NCBI RefSeq assembly: GCF_964213995.1
Contig: NC_135825.1
Span: forward strand, 12,214,001-12,278,000
From: Mustelus asterias
Taxonomy: Eukaryota
Direction of reading: 5' to 3'
Length of the DNA stretch: 64,000 nt
Under the pieces are notes generated by a model. The model searched no databases and had not been told where the DNA came from. It saw only the letters and a list, made by a program, of their open reading frames with translations. Below are positions 1 through 11,600 of this stretch, piece by piece (within the stretch, counting starts at the first letter, position 1; each line of letters opens with the position of its first letter). Position numbers and translations under genes: made by a program.

Positions 1-498
1 TGTGACAGAGTGTGGTAAGTTCTGGAGAGAAAGACAACCTGCTTCGAGCCAGAACCAACAGTTTTCAGTAAGATTTCCCTAATATTGTGTTTTATGTTTA
101 CGGGGGCTGTTTACAGATTCAGCTTTATTCTGGAGGCAGTCGGTGTATCAGTAAAACATTCAGTTCAGATGCTGGGAGAGCAGGATAATGGCTCATTTTA
201 GCCATGGAGGGGGGAAGCTAAGCAAAAAATGACTGTTGTTTCCGGTGAGAAAACCGACAGGTGTCTCTCCAGAGAAACAGGTTAGATTTCTGTGCAGATC
301 TTTGACTGAGAGAGGAAACCGGAGCACACGGAGGAAACTCACGTAGGTTCAGAGAATGTGCAGACTCCAGGCAGACAGTCACCCAAGGCCAGAATTGAAC
401 TTGGATCCCTCGTGCTGCGAGGCAGCACTGCTAACCACAGTGCCTCTGTGTCACCTGTTGTCATCCTATTGTTAGATCAAAATCCAGGAATTTCTTAC

Positions 499-591
499 CA
501 CTCACTTTTCGTCCATGCCACACCAATCTGACCTGTGTCACACAACTGCAGTTCTCCCCTGATCTGATGATCACTGACACTGGAACCATTT
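499..591 (-). pseudogene. Relic 3' end of a third C2 exon, truncated by a CR1 fragment (copy A)
   Basis: Reads EMVPVSVIIRSGENCSCVTQ versus C2 EMVSVSVINRSGENCSYVAQ. Abuts CR1 RT sequence at ~592. Confidence 0.8.
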
Positions 592-945
592 CTGGGACCT
601 GTGGACATTCACTCCAAGGATTTTCAAATCCTCCACATACCCCAGTATCCTCCCATTTATTATCTCACCATTTGCTTTGTTTGACCTGCTCAAATGCATC
701 ACCTCACACTTCTCTGGGTTGAATTCCATTTGCCACTTTTCTGCCCACCTGACCAGTCCATTGATATCTTCCTGCAACCGATAGCAATCCTCCTCGCTAT
801 CTACTGCATTAGTAATTTTCATTACATTCCATCTAAATCATTAATATATGCCAGAAAAAACAGGGGACCGAGCACTGAGCATTGGAAACAGCCTTCCAGT
901 CACAAAAACAGCCATCAACAATCATCCTTTGTTTCCTGCCACAAT
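592..945 (-). mobile_element. Degenerate CR1 RT fragment (also 37547-37900)
   Basis: WAEKWQMEFNPEKCEVMH motif. Confidence 0.85.
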
Positions 946-1849
946 TAATTCTTGGCCATTTGTTTACGGAAGTGGGTTTTGAAATTATACAGCACTTTTC
1001 ATGGCCTTTGGATGGCCTAAAGAATTTTATAATCTGGGAAGTATTTTTAAACAACCGCCACTGTTGTGATATGGGAGATGTGGCAACCAATTTGCACACA
1101 GCAAAATCTCAGAAACAGCAGTGAACTTTGACCAGATCAATATTGGCCATTTCTTCAGAGATCTCCTTGTCTGCTTTTTCTGTAGATAAGAAGTGACCTG
1201 CTGCGTATTTCCAGCAGCTTTTTCATCATTTTGATGTTTAGTTGGTATTTTTTCCTCATCACCATTGTAACCTCCGTGTTTACATTGGACAACAATTTCT
1301 GCTCTTTCTGTGTGTCCCAACTATGTTAGGGGTAGTGGGTTTTAACAGAAAAAGAAAATACTTGGTTTGCACACGTAGATTCAAGCAAGCACAAACCAGG
1401 TTTTATTGATGAGCTGCTCTCTGCACTGCATCAAGTACAAAACTGACAGTCACACAGCAGCCTGAGCACGCACCCTAATGACATCACATCAAATCAACCC
1501 ATTTTAAAACTCACACCTTCATGATGAAGCGAACACAACAACATCCCGCCAAGGTTTCTGATCTGAGAGTTATTGAAAAATGATGCCCAGTCTCCCCGAT
1601 CGTCAGAGACTGGACATATGACCCAAGATGTGTGTCAGGACCCTGCAGATGACCCAACATGATGATCTCCATGGGAATTGCCTGGGACATTGGAACTTCC
1701 AACGGACAGTTCTGCTGTACCCTGGGTCCCTCTGTGAAAATCTTCAGCTCTGGGTAAGAGTCAGACACTTCAAACAATTCCATGGGGCTTAACTGGATAG
1801 TTACCCAGGAAATGTTAGACTGAAAGAATCAAGTTTAATTCCTGGGTAA

Positions 1850-2320
1850 TCACAGAACTGACCCCCGAATAATCACACTGACCCCCTGGAGTCCCCCCAA
1901 TCCTCTGATTAACCCCCTGACACACCAACTATCACCCCACACTCCGCCAATTCCACCTGATCTTGTGACTATGCCACAACCTGAGCCAATCCGATTATTC
2001 CCTCTGACTACCCTTTGCACCCACCACTTGATTACCCAATGTCCAAATCTGATTAGCCCCCAAACCAGGCTACCCCTGCCAACCTGACCCAATTGCCACA
2101 CTATTCATCTACCACCTCATCAACCTACAACCTCACCCACCTGCAACCCTACCCTCCTGTCACTTCATCAACAGACTACCTCACCCAACTGCCACTCTAC
2201 CCACCTCACACGCTTGTGACCTCACTCATCTGTTTTCTCACCCACCTACCATCCTTGCCTCCGACTAGCAACACATCTATACACCTGTCTCCCTATCCAT
2301 CTTTCACCCGACCCACCTGT
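1850..2320. repeat. C/A-rich low-complexity tract (also 38805-39275)
   Basis: Degenerate cacccacct/ctgaccccc repeats. Confidence 0.6.
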
Positions 2321-2587
2321 GCTCCTACAGAGTTCCGATGGAGTTCTCCGAGGGACACTGCGCTCCACAGTTCTGGAGAATCTGGAGTCGGAAGATCAGG
2401 CAAGAAATGTGGAGCTGAGTCGAGGGTGGAAAGCTTCAAGCGGAGTGGCAATCCAACAATGATTGCTGCTCTGTGACTGGCCCAGGACAATAAATGACAT
2501 CCATTCTCACGCCAAAGTTGTTAAAGAGGATTTAATCACTCACACAGAAGCCATGTCATTTAAACACTAACAATAAAAACAGCGTAC

Positions 2588-2666
2588 CTTTCAGCAAATT
2601 TGGAGTTTGGAATTGAGGAATGTGTTGGCGATACTGTTAAAATTTCACAGGAATTTTCAGGTCCGA
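2588..2666 (-). CDS. Stalk exon, copy A (VGPENSCEILTVSPTHSSIPNSKFAE)
   Basis: Strong acceptor tttccttctttcag, S/T/P-rich open frame, phase 1 in and phase 2 out (AG|GTACGC), matching the TM exon's phase-2 start. Confidence 0.75.
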
Positions 2667-5600
2667 CTGAAAGAAGGAAACAACATTCAGATCAGCCTCA
2701 TTTTCATTGTCGTTAACTGAGAGAGTCACATTGTCAAGTGGCACCTCAACCTGAGGGAGAACCACGTTGAGGGAGCGCCTCTTCTTGGGATGTGGGTGTC
2801 GCTGTTTAGGACAGCAATTATTGCTCATCCCTAATTGCCCTTGAGAAGGTGGTCATGAGATGCCTCTTGAACCGATGCAGTCCATGTGGTGTAGGTACAT
2901 CCACTGTGCAGTGAGGGAGGGAGCACCCATCGCATCTGCGCCAGTCAAAAACAAACCACCTGACTATTCCAAACCCAGTTTCCAGCACTTGGCCCATAGC
3001 TCTGTGTGCCTTGGCATCACGAGTGCACATCTAAATAATTCTTAAATGTTATGAGGGTCTGTAAGACACCAGGAAAACTTGCCTATTCCTCCTGGAAGAG
3101 GGCCATGAAATCATTTACATTTAGCTCAAAGGATGCATGGATCAGCAGTTCAACCAGACAATAGCACCGTCAACAGCAGAGCGCAATCTCCGTGCTGTAC
3201 AGTGATATCAACCCCTTTCTCGGAAGGAGAATTTGAACTCACAATCCATTGGTTTCAGAAATCAGGCTGCTACCAACTGAGCCCCTTCTGACACTGACAT
3301 ATTTGAATATTAAACATTCAAACTGGTTATAGTCCTCATTAATTCAGGACTATCGTTAGTGTTTATGTTAACACTGAGTAATTCAGTGTTTAGAACATGG
3401 AATTCTGAGATTTTGAGCAGCATTTTGTGATGATAGAATTTTTCGGCAAAGAAGGAAATTTGGTCCATTGCCCTCCATCGCTATGAAAGAATTTGCCATT
3501 TAGAATCAGAGAATCCATGCAGCGCACAAGGAGGCCATTTGGCCCATCGAGTCTACAACGACACTCCCATTGTTGTGTCTTTTCCCCAAATCCTCCTAAA
3601 TGTCTGCTCCTTTTTTGCTTCCCTTGTGAAAGCTGTTATTGATTCTGTTTCTAACGCAATCCATATCTTAACAATCATTTGCATCAATAAAATTCTCCCA
3701 ATTTCTCCCGCTGTCCTTGTTGTGATGATCTTAACTGGATTCTCTCGAGTATTCACTCACTTACTACTGGAAATAATTAGTCTCAATTTATCTTATCAAA
3801 GCTTCAAATAATTTTGAATAGATTTAGCAGACTATTTCCTTCTATTCTAATGATTCTTTGCCGGTGTTAGCTGTTGGGAGCACTCTTGTATCTGCAGCCA
3901 CAAGGATCTGTGTTCTCGCCCTACTCTAGGAATCAAAAATCAAAGCTGAAACTCCTGTGCAGTACTGAGGAAGTGCTGCACTGTTGGAGGTGCTGCCTTT
4001 CGGATGGGATGTTGAACTGAGTCCCCAATCTGCCTGCTCTATGGGCGGCATGGTGGCACAGTGGTTGGCACTGTTGCCTCACAGCGCCAGAGACCCGGGT
4101 TCAAATCTGGCCTTGCGTGACTGTCTGTGTGGAATTTGCACATTCTCCCCGTGTCTGCGTGGGTTTCCTCCGGGCACTCTGGTTTCCTCCCTCAGTCCAA
4201 AGATGTGCGGGTAGGTGGATTCGCCAAGCTAAATTGCCCCTTAGTGTCAGGGGGAACTAGCTGGGGTAAATGCATGGGATTATGGGGATAAGGCCTGGGT
4301 GGGATTGACGTTGGCAGAGACTCGATGCGTCAAATGGTCTCCTTCTGCACTGTAAGATTCTATGGATTCTATGAAACTATGGATGTATAAGATCGATGGC
4401 ACTTGATCTCCTGAAGAAAAACAGAAGCGTTATCCGAAATCACCCGGCGATATTTATCCCTCAATCAAAAACAGGTTATCAGTTCATTATTTTGAGTTTG
4501 CTGTGTGTAAATTGGCTGCTGTGTTTCCTGCCTCACAACAGTGACAGTGCTTCAAAAAGCATTTCATTGGTTGTAAAGCGCTTCGAGAAGTCAGATGACT
4601 GTGAAAATAAATGGAAGACATTCTTTCATTTTGTAAGTGAGACCTCTTAAGATGCTATCATTTCACATCAACTCTTCAACTCTCTATCCTTACGATTCAT
4701 CCTAAAGCAAGAGACATCAGCTAAAGATTGTTATTCACAATTTGATCTCCAAGAAATGGGAACAGGAATGGTTAATGGAGACCTTGTCAGTCAAGTTCTA
4801 TTTAATATTAATGGGATTACTGCAACATTTAGACATGTTTGGGGAATATTTTATGATCCTGATATTTTCAATCAATATTTTAATCAGTAACTTTGTTCCG
4901 AGTTGTTGAGGGACAAAGCAGAGTGAATTTTGTCAGTTGCAGTCATTCAGAGAGACATTAGGAACCGAACCAGCAACCAGCTTATTTAGAACTTAGAACA
5001 TAGAACATAGAACAGTACAGCACAGAACAGGCCCTTCGGCCCACAATGTTGTGCCGAGCTTTATCTGAAACCAAGATCAAGCTATCCCACTCCCTATCAT
5101 CCTGGTGTGCTCCATGTGCCTAACCAATAACCGCTTAAATGTTCCTAAAGTGTCTGACTCCACTATCACTGCAGGCAGTCCATTCCACACACCAACCACT
5201 CTCTGCGTAAAGAACCTACCTCTGGTATCCTTCCTGTGTCTCCCACTACGAACCCTATAGTTATGCCCCCTTGTAATAGCTCCATCCACCCGAGGAAATA
5301 GTCTTTGAACGTTCACTCGATCTATCCCCTTCATCATTTTATAAACTTCTATTAAGTCTCCCCTCAGCCTCCTCTGCTCCAGAGAGAACAGCCCTAGCTC
5401 CCTCAACCTTTCCTCATAAGACCTACCCTCCAAACCAGGCAGCATCCTGGTAAATCTCCTCTGCACCCTTTCCAGCGCTTCCACATCCTTCTTATGTGAG
5501 GTGACCAGAACTGCACACAATATTCCAAATGTGGTCTCACCAAGGTCCTGTACAGTTGCAGCATAACCCCACGGCTCTTAAACTCCAACCCCCTGTTAAT

Positions 5601-8600
5601 AAAAGCTAACACACTATAGGCCTTCTTCACAGCTCTATCCACTTGAGTGGCAACCTTTAGAGATCTGTGGATATGAACCCCAAGATCTCTCTGTTCCTCC
5701 ACAGTCTTCAGAACCCTACCTTTGGCCCTGTAATCCACATTTAAATTAGTCCTACCAAAATGAATCACCTCACATTTATCAGGGTTAAACTCCATTTGCC
5801 ATTTTTCAGCCCAGCTTTGCATCCTATCTATGTCTCTTTGCAGCCTACAACAGCCCTCCACCTCATCCACTACTCCACCAATCTTGGTGTCATCAGCAAA
5901 TTTACTGATCCACCCTTCAGCCCCCTCCTCTAAGTCATTAATAAAAATCACAAAGAGCAGAGGACCAAGCACTGATCCCTGCGGCACTCCGCTAGCAACC
6001 TGCCTCCAATCCGAAAATTTTCCATCCACCACCACCCTCTGTCTTCGATCAGACAGCCAGTTACCTATCCAATCGGCCAACTTTCCCTCTATCCCACACC
6101 TCCTCACTTTCATCATAAGCCGACCATGGGGGACCTTATCAAACGCCTTACTGAAATCCATGTATATGACATCAACTGCCCTACCTTCATCTACACACTT
6201 AGTTACCTCCTCAAAAAATTATATCAAATTTGTGAGGCACGACTTGCCCTTGACGAATCCGTGCTGACTATCCCGGATTAATCCGCATCTTTCTAAATGG
6301 TCGTAAATCCCATCTCTTAGGACCTTTTCCATCAATTTACCAACCACCGAAGTAAGACTAACCGGTCTATAATTACCAGGGTCATTTCTATTCCCTTTCT
6401 TAAACAGAGGAACAACATTCGCCATTCTCCAGTCCTCTGGCACCATCCCCGTGGACAGAGAGGACCCAAAGATCAAAGCCAAAGGCTCTGCAATTTCATC
6501 CCTTGCCTCCCAAAGAATCCTAGGATACATTTCATCAGGCCCAGGGGACTTTTCGACCTTCAGTTTATTCAAAACTGCCAGGACATCCTCCCTCCGAACA
6601 TCTATTTCCTCCTATTTCAACTATCACTTACCAACGCTGTTGATCTGTGCCACATAACTGCAATTCTCCCCTGATCTGTTGATCACTGACACTGAAACCA
6701 TTTCACTGGATTTTTCTTCCTGGTGATTTGAGGCTGTGCAGTAATATTGATGATGTTGCTGTGTGAAGGATTGACAATGTAGATCCAGTTTATTGGTGTC
6801 AGAGATCTCTGAATCTTCAGACGGGGTCTTTTCATGCCATGTGTACTGAATGGGAAGTGATCCCTGGACAGACTCACAGGAGACGGACACTGAGCCCCCA
6901 GAACATGAGGCATTTGGTGGTGATAAAAATTTAAGTTCAGGAACAGACACGGGTTCTGTGGAAAAGACAATCATTAACGGATTTTCACAGTAACTTCATT
7001 GCAGTGTTAATGTAAACCTAATTGTGACACTAATTTATAAAAGCTTTAACAATAAACTTTAAAATTTTAAACTTTAGAATGACCAAAAAATTAAATCGTT
7101 TCATAGTCCCAATATTTCTACACCTCATCCAGGGTGTGAGGCGGAAGGGGAAGTGTTAGAGAGAGAGAGAGTTGGCAGTGGGAGCTTGGCCGAATGCAGG
7201 TAGTATCTATTGATTGCTGTCATGAACAGCAGATATTCATGATAGCAGATTAGTTAGTAACAATCATTGGAGTGTGACCTGAGATAGACTGTGGATGTTT
7301 GCTGAGATAACGGAGACTTAAATATCTTTCCAAAAATCTAATCTTGACCTGAAATCCACCTCCGCTGCCAGTTGGAATTGGGAATTTGGCGCTCAGCCAA
7401 ATCTCCATTCACAGCAGCGGGACTGGATAATTCCAGCTGCGGACGAGTTTGGTGAATTCCAGCCATTGTTTGGAGTTGTATTTAACATTTAACAGTAAGT
7501 ACCGTTTAACACTTAAGTGTGAGTACTGTTTAAAGTCGAGGGCGGGGTTTTATGGCCTCGAATGAGCGAGACGGAAAATACCGCCCAAGGTCAACACCCT
7601 TGAGTCTGCCCCACACCCGCTCCGATACCATGGCGGGCGAGGCAGTAAAATTCCGACGTACGTATCATCCAAAGGACATGAGCTGGGAGATAGAAGCTAT
7701 CCACTGGCAGCAACTGGAATAGTTAATTGGGGAAACTGGCTTGAACTGGTCTTTTTGTACTGAGTCCCTTTGTTTTTGAACATATAAATTTAGACATTCT
7801 CAGTGCAAACAGCACTGGAGTCTGCCTTCAACCGAGTATGGACGTTTAATGAGCTGAAGGAATTTACTACAGGGGAAGAAGTGAGCTGTTGGTGAGTATC
7901 TGGGGAGTATCCCGGAAGTGGGCAAGGTCTATTATCCAGGCATTGGGAGCAAGGGTGAGGTCCTTGCCAACTTGTTCACCAGGAGAACGGGGTTCAAGGT
8001 GCAATAAATCTGACCCCATCTCTCTGGATCATTACTCTTGGCCTCTGAATTACAATTCCTGCAACATAATCATTGTTCTAACTGCCCTCTAGCTGCCAGA
8101 CTCTGCACTGCTGCGGAGCCTCGGGATATCGGAGCTGTCAATGTCTCCTCCCAGGTAAAGCACCGATCAGACATTTCAGTCGAGAGTAATAAAGATAATC
8201 ACGGAGAACAATGTACCGTCAGATATTTGTAGCTTTACAGGAAACATTGAAAGGAAGCCGGGCTTATCAATACCACAGCTGTACCATCCTGCATCTCCTG
8301 AATGAAGATCCTCCATAGTAACAACAAATAATGCTTGTGTCTTGTGATCTGTGATCGACATTCTCTCTCGCCGTCCATCTGGATCGTCTGATTTTACCAA
8401 AACAGAGCACTGACGACTCCAAGTTTTCACATGTGACTGAGACAATTTGTCATAGTGACAATCTATAGTGATCGATCTTCCCAAAACTCCTGTTACATTA
8501 TTTTTTGCCCACAATGCACTTGCAGCTGAAAAGACAACAGGTCAAAAATTGAACTGAAAATAATTGCTTCATACAACCAGATATATTTCAATAGGATTTA

Positions 8601-11600
8601 CCACTGTGTTCAGAGAAATCTCTCCAATACACCTTCTAATGTAATTGGATACTTCCTTGTTTGATATCGTTGGGCACATTGAATATGTGCTTCCGGCGGA
8701 TTGATAATTAGACAACCATATTGAGATTGTATCCCAAGCCCTTTATAAAGCAAGACCCTGAGTGGTTCCATTAATCTTTTAGTCCTGGTTGGGACCTGTT
8801 GTGTTCACCACAGGTGTGTGGGAATTCTTTATTTTCATTTTGTACAATAGAAGCACGGTTCCTTCACAGCCGGCTCCTCGAGTTATTATATTCTCAAACA
8901 GCAATTCTCAGACAGCAGATTGTCTGCTCATGATCACGTTGCTCTTAGAGGGAGCTTATTGCTCACAAATTGGTGCTGAGCTTCCTACATCACAACAATG
9001 GCTCTGAATCAGTTCCAGCATTGACCAGAACGGACTTTAAAACTGTCCTGAAGATGTGAAAAGTGCAAAATAAATGCAATTCTATTTTTATTCCAATTGC
9101 TTCGAGCAACTGATAGAACATAAACCATGAGCAATTCAGACTGATGTTAATTTAAAAATTTGTTGTACTTTTTGAAGCGAAAAGAGATATTTACCAATGT
9201 TGCTGATTTGTGTTAAATAACTGCAGTCATTCTCTGAAATGTGGATCACTGACACTGTAACCATTTCACTGGATTTTTTTCCCTGGTTATTTGAGGCTGT
9301 GCAGTAATATTGATGACGTCGCTGTTTGAAGGATTGACAATGTAGATCCAGATTATTGGTGTCAGAGATCTTTGAATCTTCAGACGGGGTCTTTTCATAC
9401 CATGTGTACTGAATGGGAAGTGATCCCTGGACAGACTCACAGGAGACGGACACTGAGCCCCCAGAACATGAGGCATTTGGTGGTGATAAAAATCTAAGTT
9501 CAGGAACAGACACGGGTTCTGTGGGAAAGAAACAAACATTCAGAAACTGACTGAGCATCTAAAAATCAAACACTCTGTGAATTTCAGCTCATCAACCTCT
9601 CATTCAGGGTCAGTCATGTTGCAATCTCACCAACACATCCAGCTCTCCATTTCTCTCCATCCTCCAAGCAGCCTGAACTACAATGTCTGCTATTATATCA
9701 GAACATCGCAGCTCTCCAGATCAAACCATGAACCAGGACCGAAAGATTTAAATTTAATGGTGAGTGGATTAGATGAGATTTGGGGCAATGGGTTATTTCA
9801 CTCGGGGGATGTTGAGGGTCTGGAACTCACTGCCTGGAAGAGTGGTCGAGGGTGGGAGAGGCGGATAACCTGATCACATTAAACAAAATGGATTAAACTT
9901 GAGATGCTGTAACCTACAGAGCTCTGGATCAAGAACTAGATGGTGGGATTAGATTGGATTGCTTGTTCAGTCAACCCAGTGTGGCACAGTGGCACAGTGA
10001 TTAGCACTGCAGCCACATAGCACCAGGGACCCGGGTTCAATTCTAGCATTGGCTGTGTGGTCAGTGTGGAGTTTGCACGTTTTCCCCGTGTCTGCGTGGT
10101 TTTCCTCTGGGTGCTTCAGTTTCCTCCCACAACCAAAGATATGCAGATACCCATGGGGAGGTGATGGCCCAGTGGTGTTATCGCTAGCCTATAAATCCAT
10201 AATCTCATCTAATGTTCTGGGGACCAGGGTTCGAATCCCGCCATGGCAGCAGTTGGAATTTGATTTCAATAAAGAAAATCTGGAATTAAGAATCTACTGA
10301 TCACCATGAAACCATTGTCAGTTATTGGAAAACCCATCTGGTTCACTCATGTCCGTTAAAGAAGGAAATCTACCAGCCTTTCCTGGTCTGGCCTACATGT
10401 GATGCCAGAGCCAAAGCAATGTGGTTAATTCTTGACTGTCCTCTGAAATGGCCTCGCAAACCTCTCAGGATGGCAATAAATGCCACCCAGCCAGCGATGC
10501 CCAGGTCCACAAATGAATAAAACAAATACTGGCACCTCCCACCAGGCACCAGGCAGTGCCAATGTGGGTGGTGCTGGCGGGGGAGTTGGCATTCTGGGGG
10601 GTGGGGCCTATTGGGGGCTCAATGTGTTGGGGGGTTTTCAGTGACACTGTGCACTGGGATCAGTGTGAGAAGGAGAGAGGAGGGGGACCAGGGCTGGCTA
10701 TCTGGGTGGGGGGAGATCGGGGCTGGCCCGGGAGAGCTCTGGTAGGCCAGTGATTGGATGGTTGTGGGGGGTCGGGATGGCCAGCGATCGGGAGGCTAGC
10801 GGTGAGGGGGCCACTGTGCATGCGCCACTCTCCGCAGTGACAGATCGGTGTGTGTGCAGTGGCTCACTCAGCACTATACTGCCAGCCTCTCTAGTGGGAT
10901 TTGGACCCGCTCACCACATTTCAGAGTGAATCAATCTGTGTCGGAGAATCGTTCTGGTCCGTCCCTTATGTTGTCAAATGAGCCTCTTCAGACACTGGAG
11001 TTGCAACACATCAAGGAAGCTGATCAGGAAACGTGTACTCGCTGTGTTGTGGGATAGCCCGTCAGTGAGTTGCTTGTCTCTGTTCATTCCTTTGTCTTGT
11101 GGAGCTCAGGGTCTGTGTGGAGGAGGCAGTTGCTGCTATTGGTGCTATTGGTCACCTGGGTCCTCATCTGAGGCCCAAAATAAAACAGCCTGAGAACCAC
11201 CCATGCTGATCTGATAGATACAATCACCAAAATGTAACCCAGAAATACACATTACCATCTCTGTTGTGAAAGTCTGTAAATACTGATATTAAAACCTTTC
11301 ACACAATCAGGCTAGAAATAAGCAGTGAGGTTCCAATGCTCCTTGGTATCTTTCCCAGTCACTTCTTCAGCCTCCCCCATTGCCTCTGTCTTCTGCCCTT
11401 GCTCAGTAACCCGAGCAGCCATTGTTAGATTCCACTAATTGCACTCACTGAGCGATTAATAGACTGAAATTGATAACCCGTCTCTCACTGGGGGGATTTG
11501 ATCACACACGGATTGACACATTTAATGTTTCTGATGCGTGACAATTAAGCACGTGGAACCAAGGCTTCGATATTGAAGGCTTTTATTGTGTAACAATGGA

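Noticed and set aside
499-591. Exonisation of the relic C2 fragment as a functional mini-exon
   Set aside because: Phase 1-1 is incompatible with the phase-2 stalk-TM junction, and the acceptor is poor.
1027-1320. 97-aa minus-strand ORF with a possible acceptor at 1320, as an alternative or secretory exon
   Set aside because: No domain similarity, weak pyrimidine tract, and it overlaps repeat-derived sequence (gacctgctgcgtatttccagca, Deu-SINE fragment).
3539-3811. Hydrophobic 90-aa ORF as a TM exon
   Set aside because: Wrong strand for the gene, and it lies in a degenerate CR1-like 3' fragment.
4043-4115. tRNA gene
   Set aside because: The A/B boxes belong to a SINE head that continues into SINE body and tail; no full cloverleaf.
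8662-8812. Short TGA...TTCACCACA segment resembling the Gypsy LTR ends
   Set aside because: No TSD and no internal similarity to the LTR; too weak to call a solo LTR.
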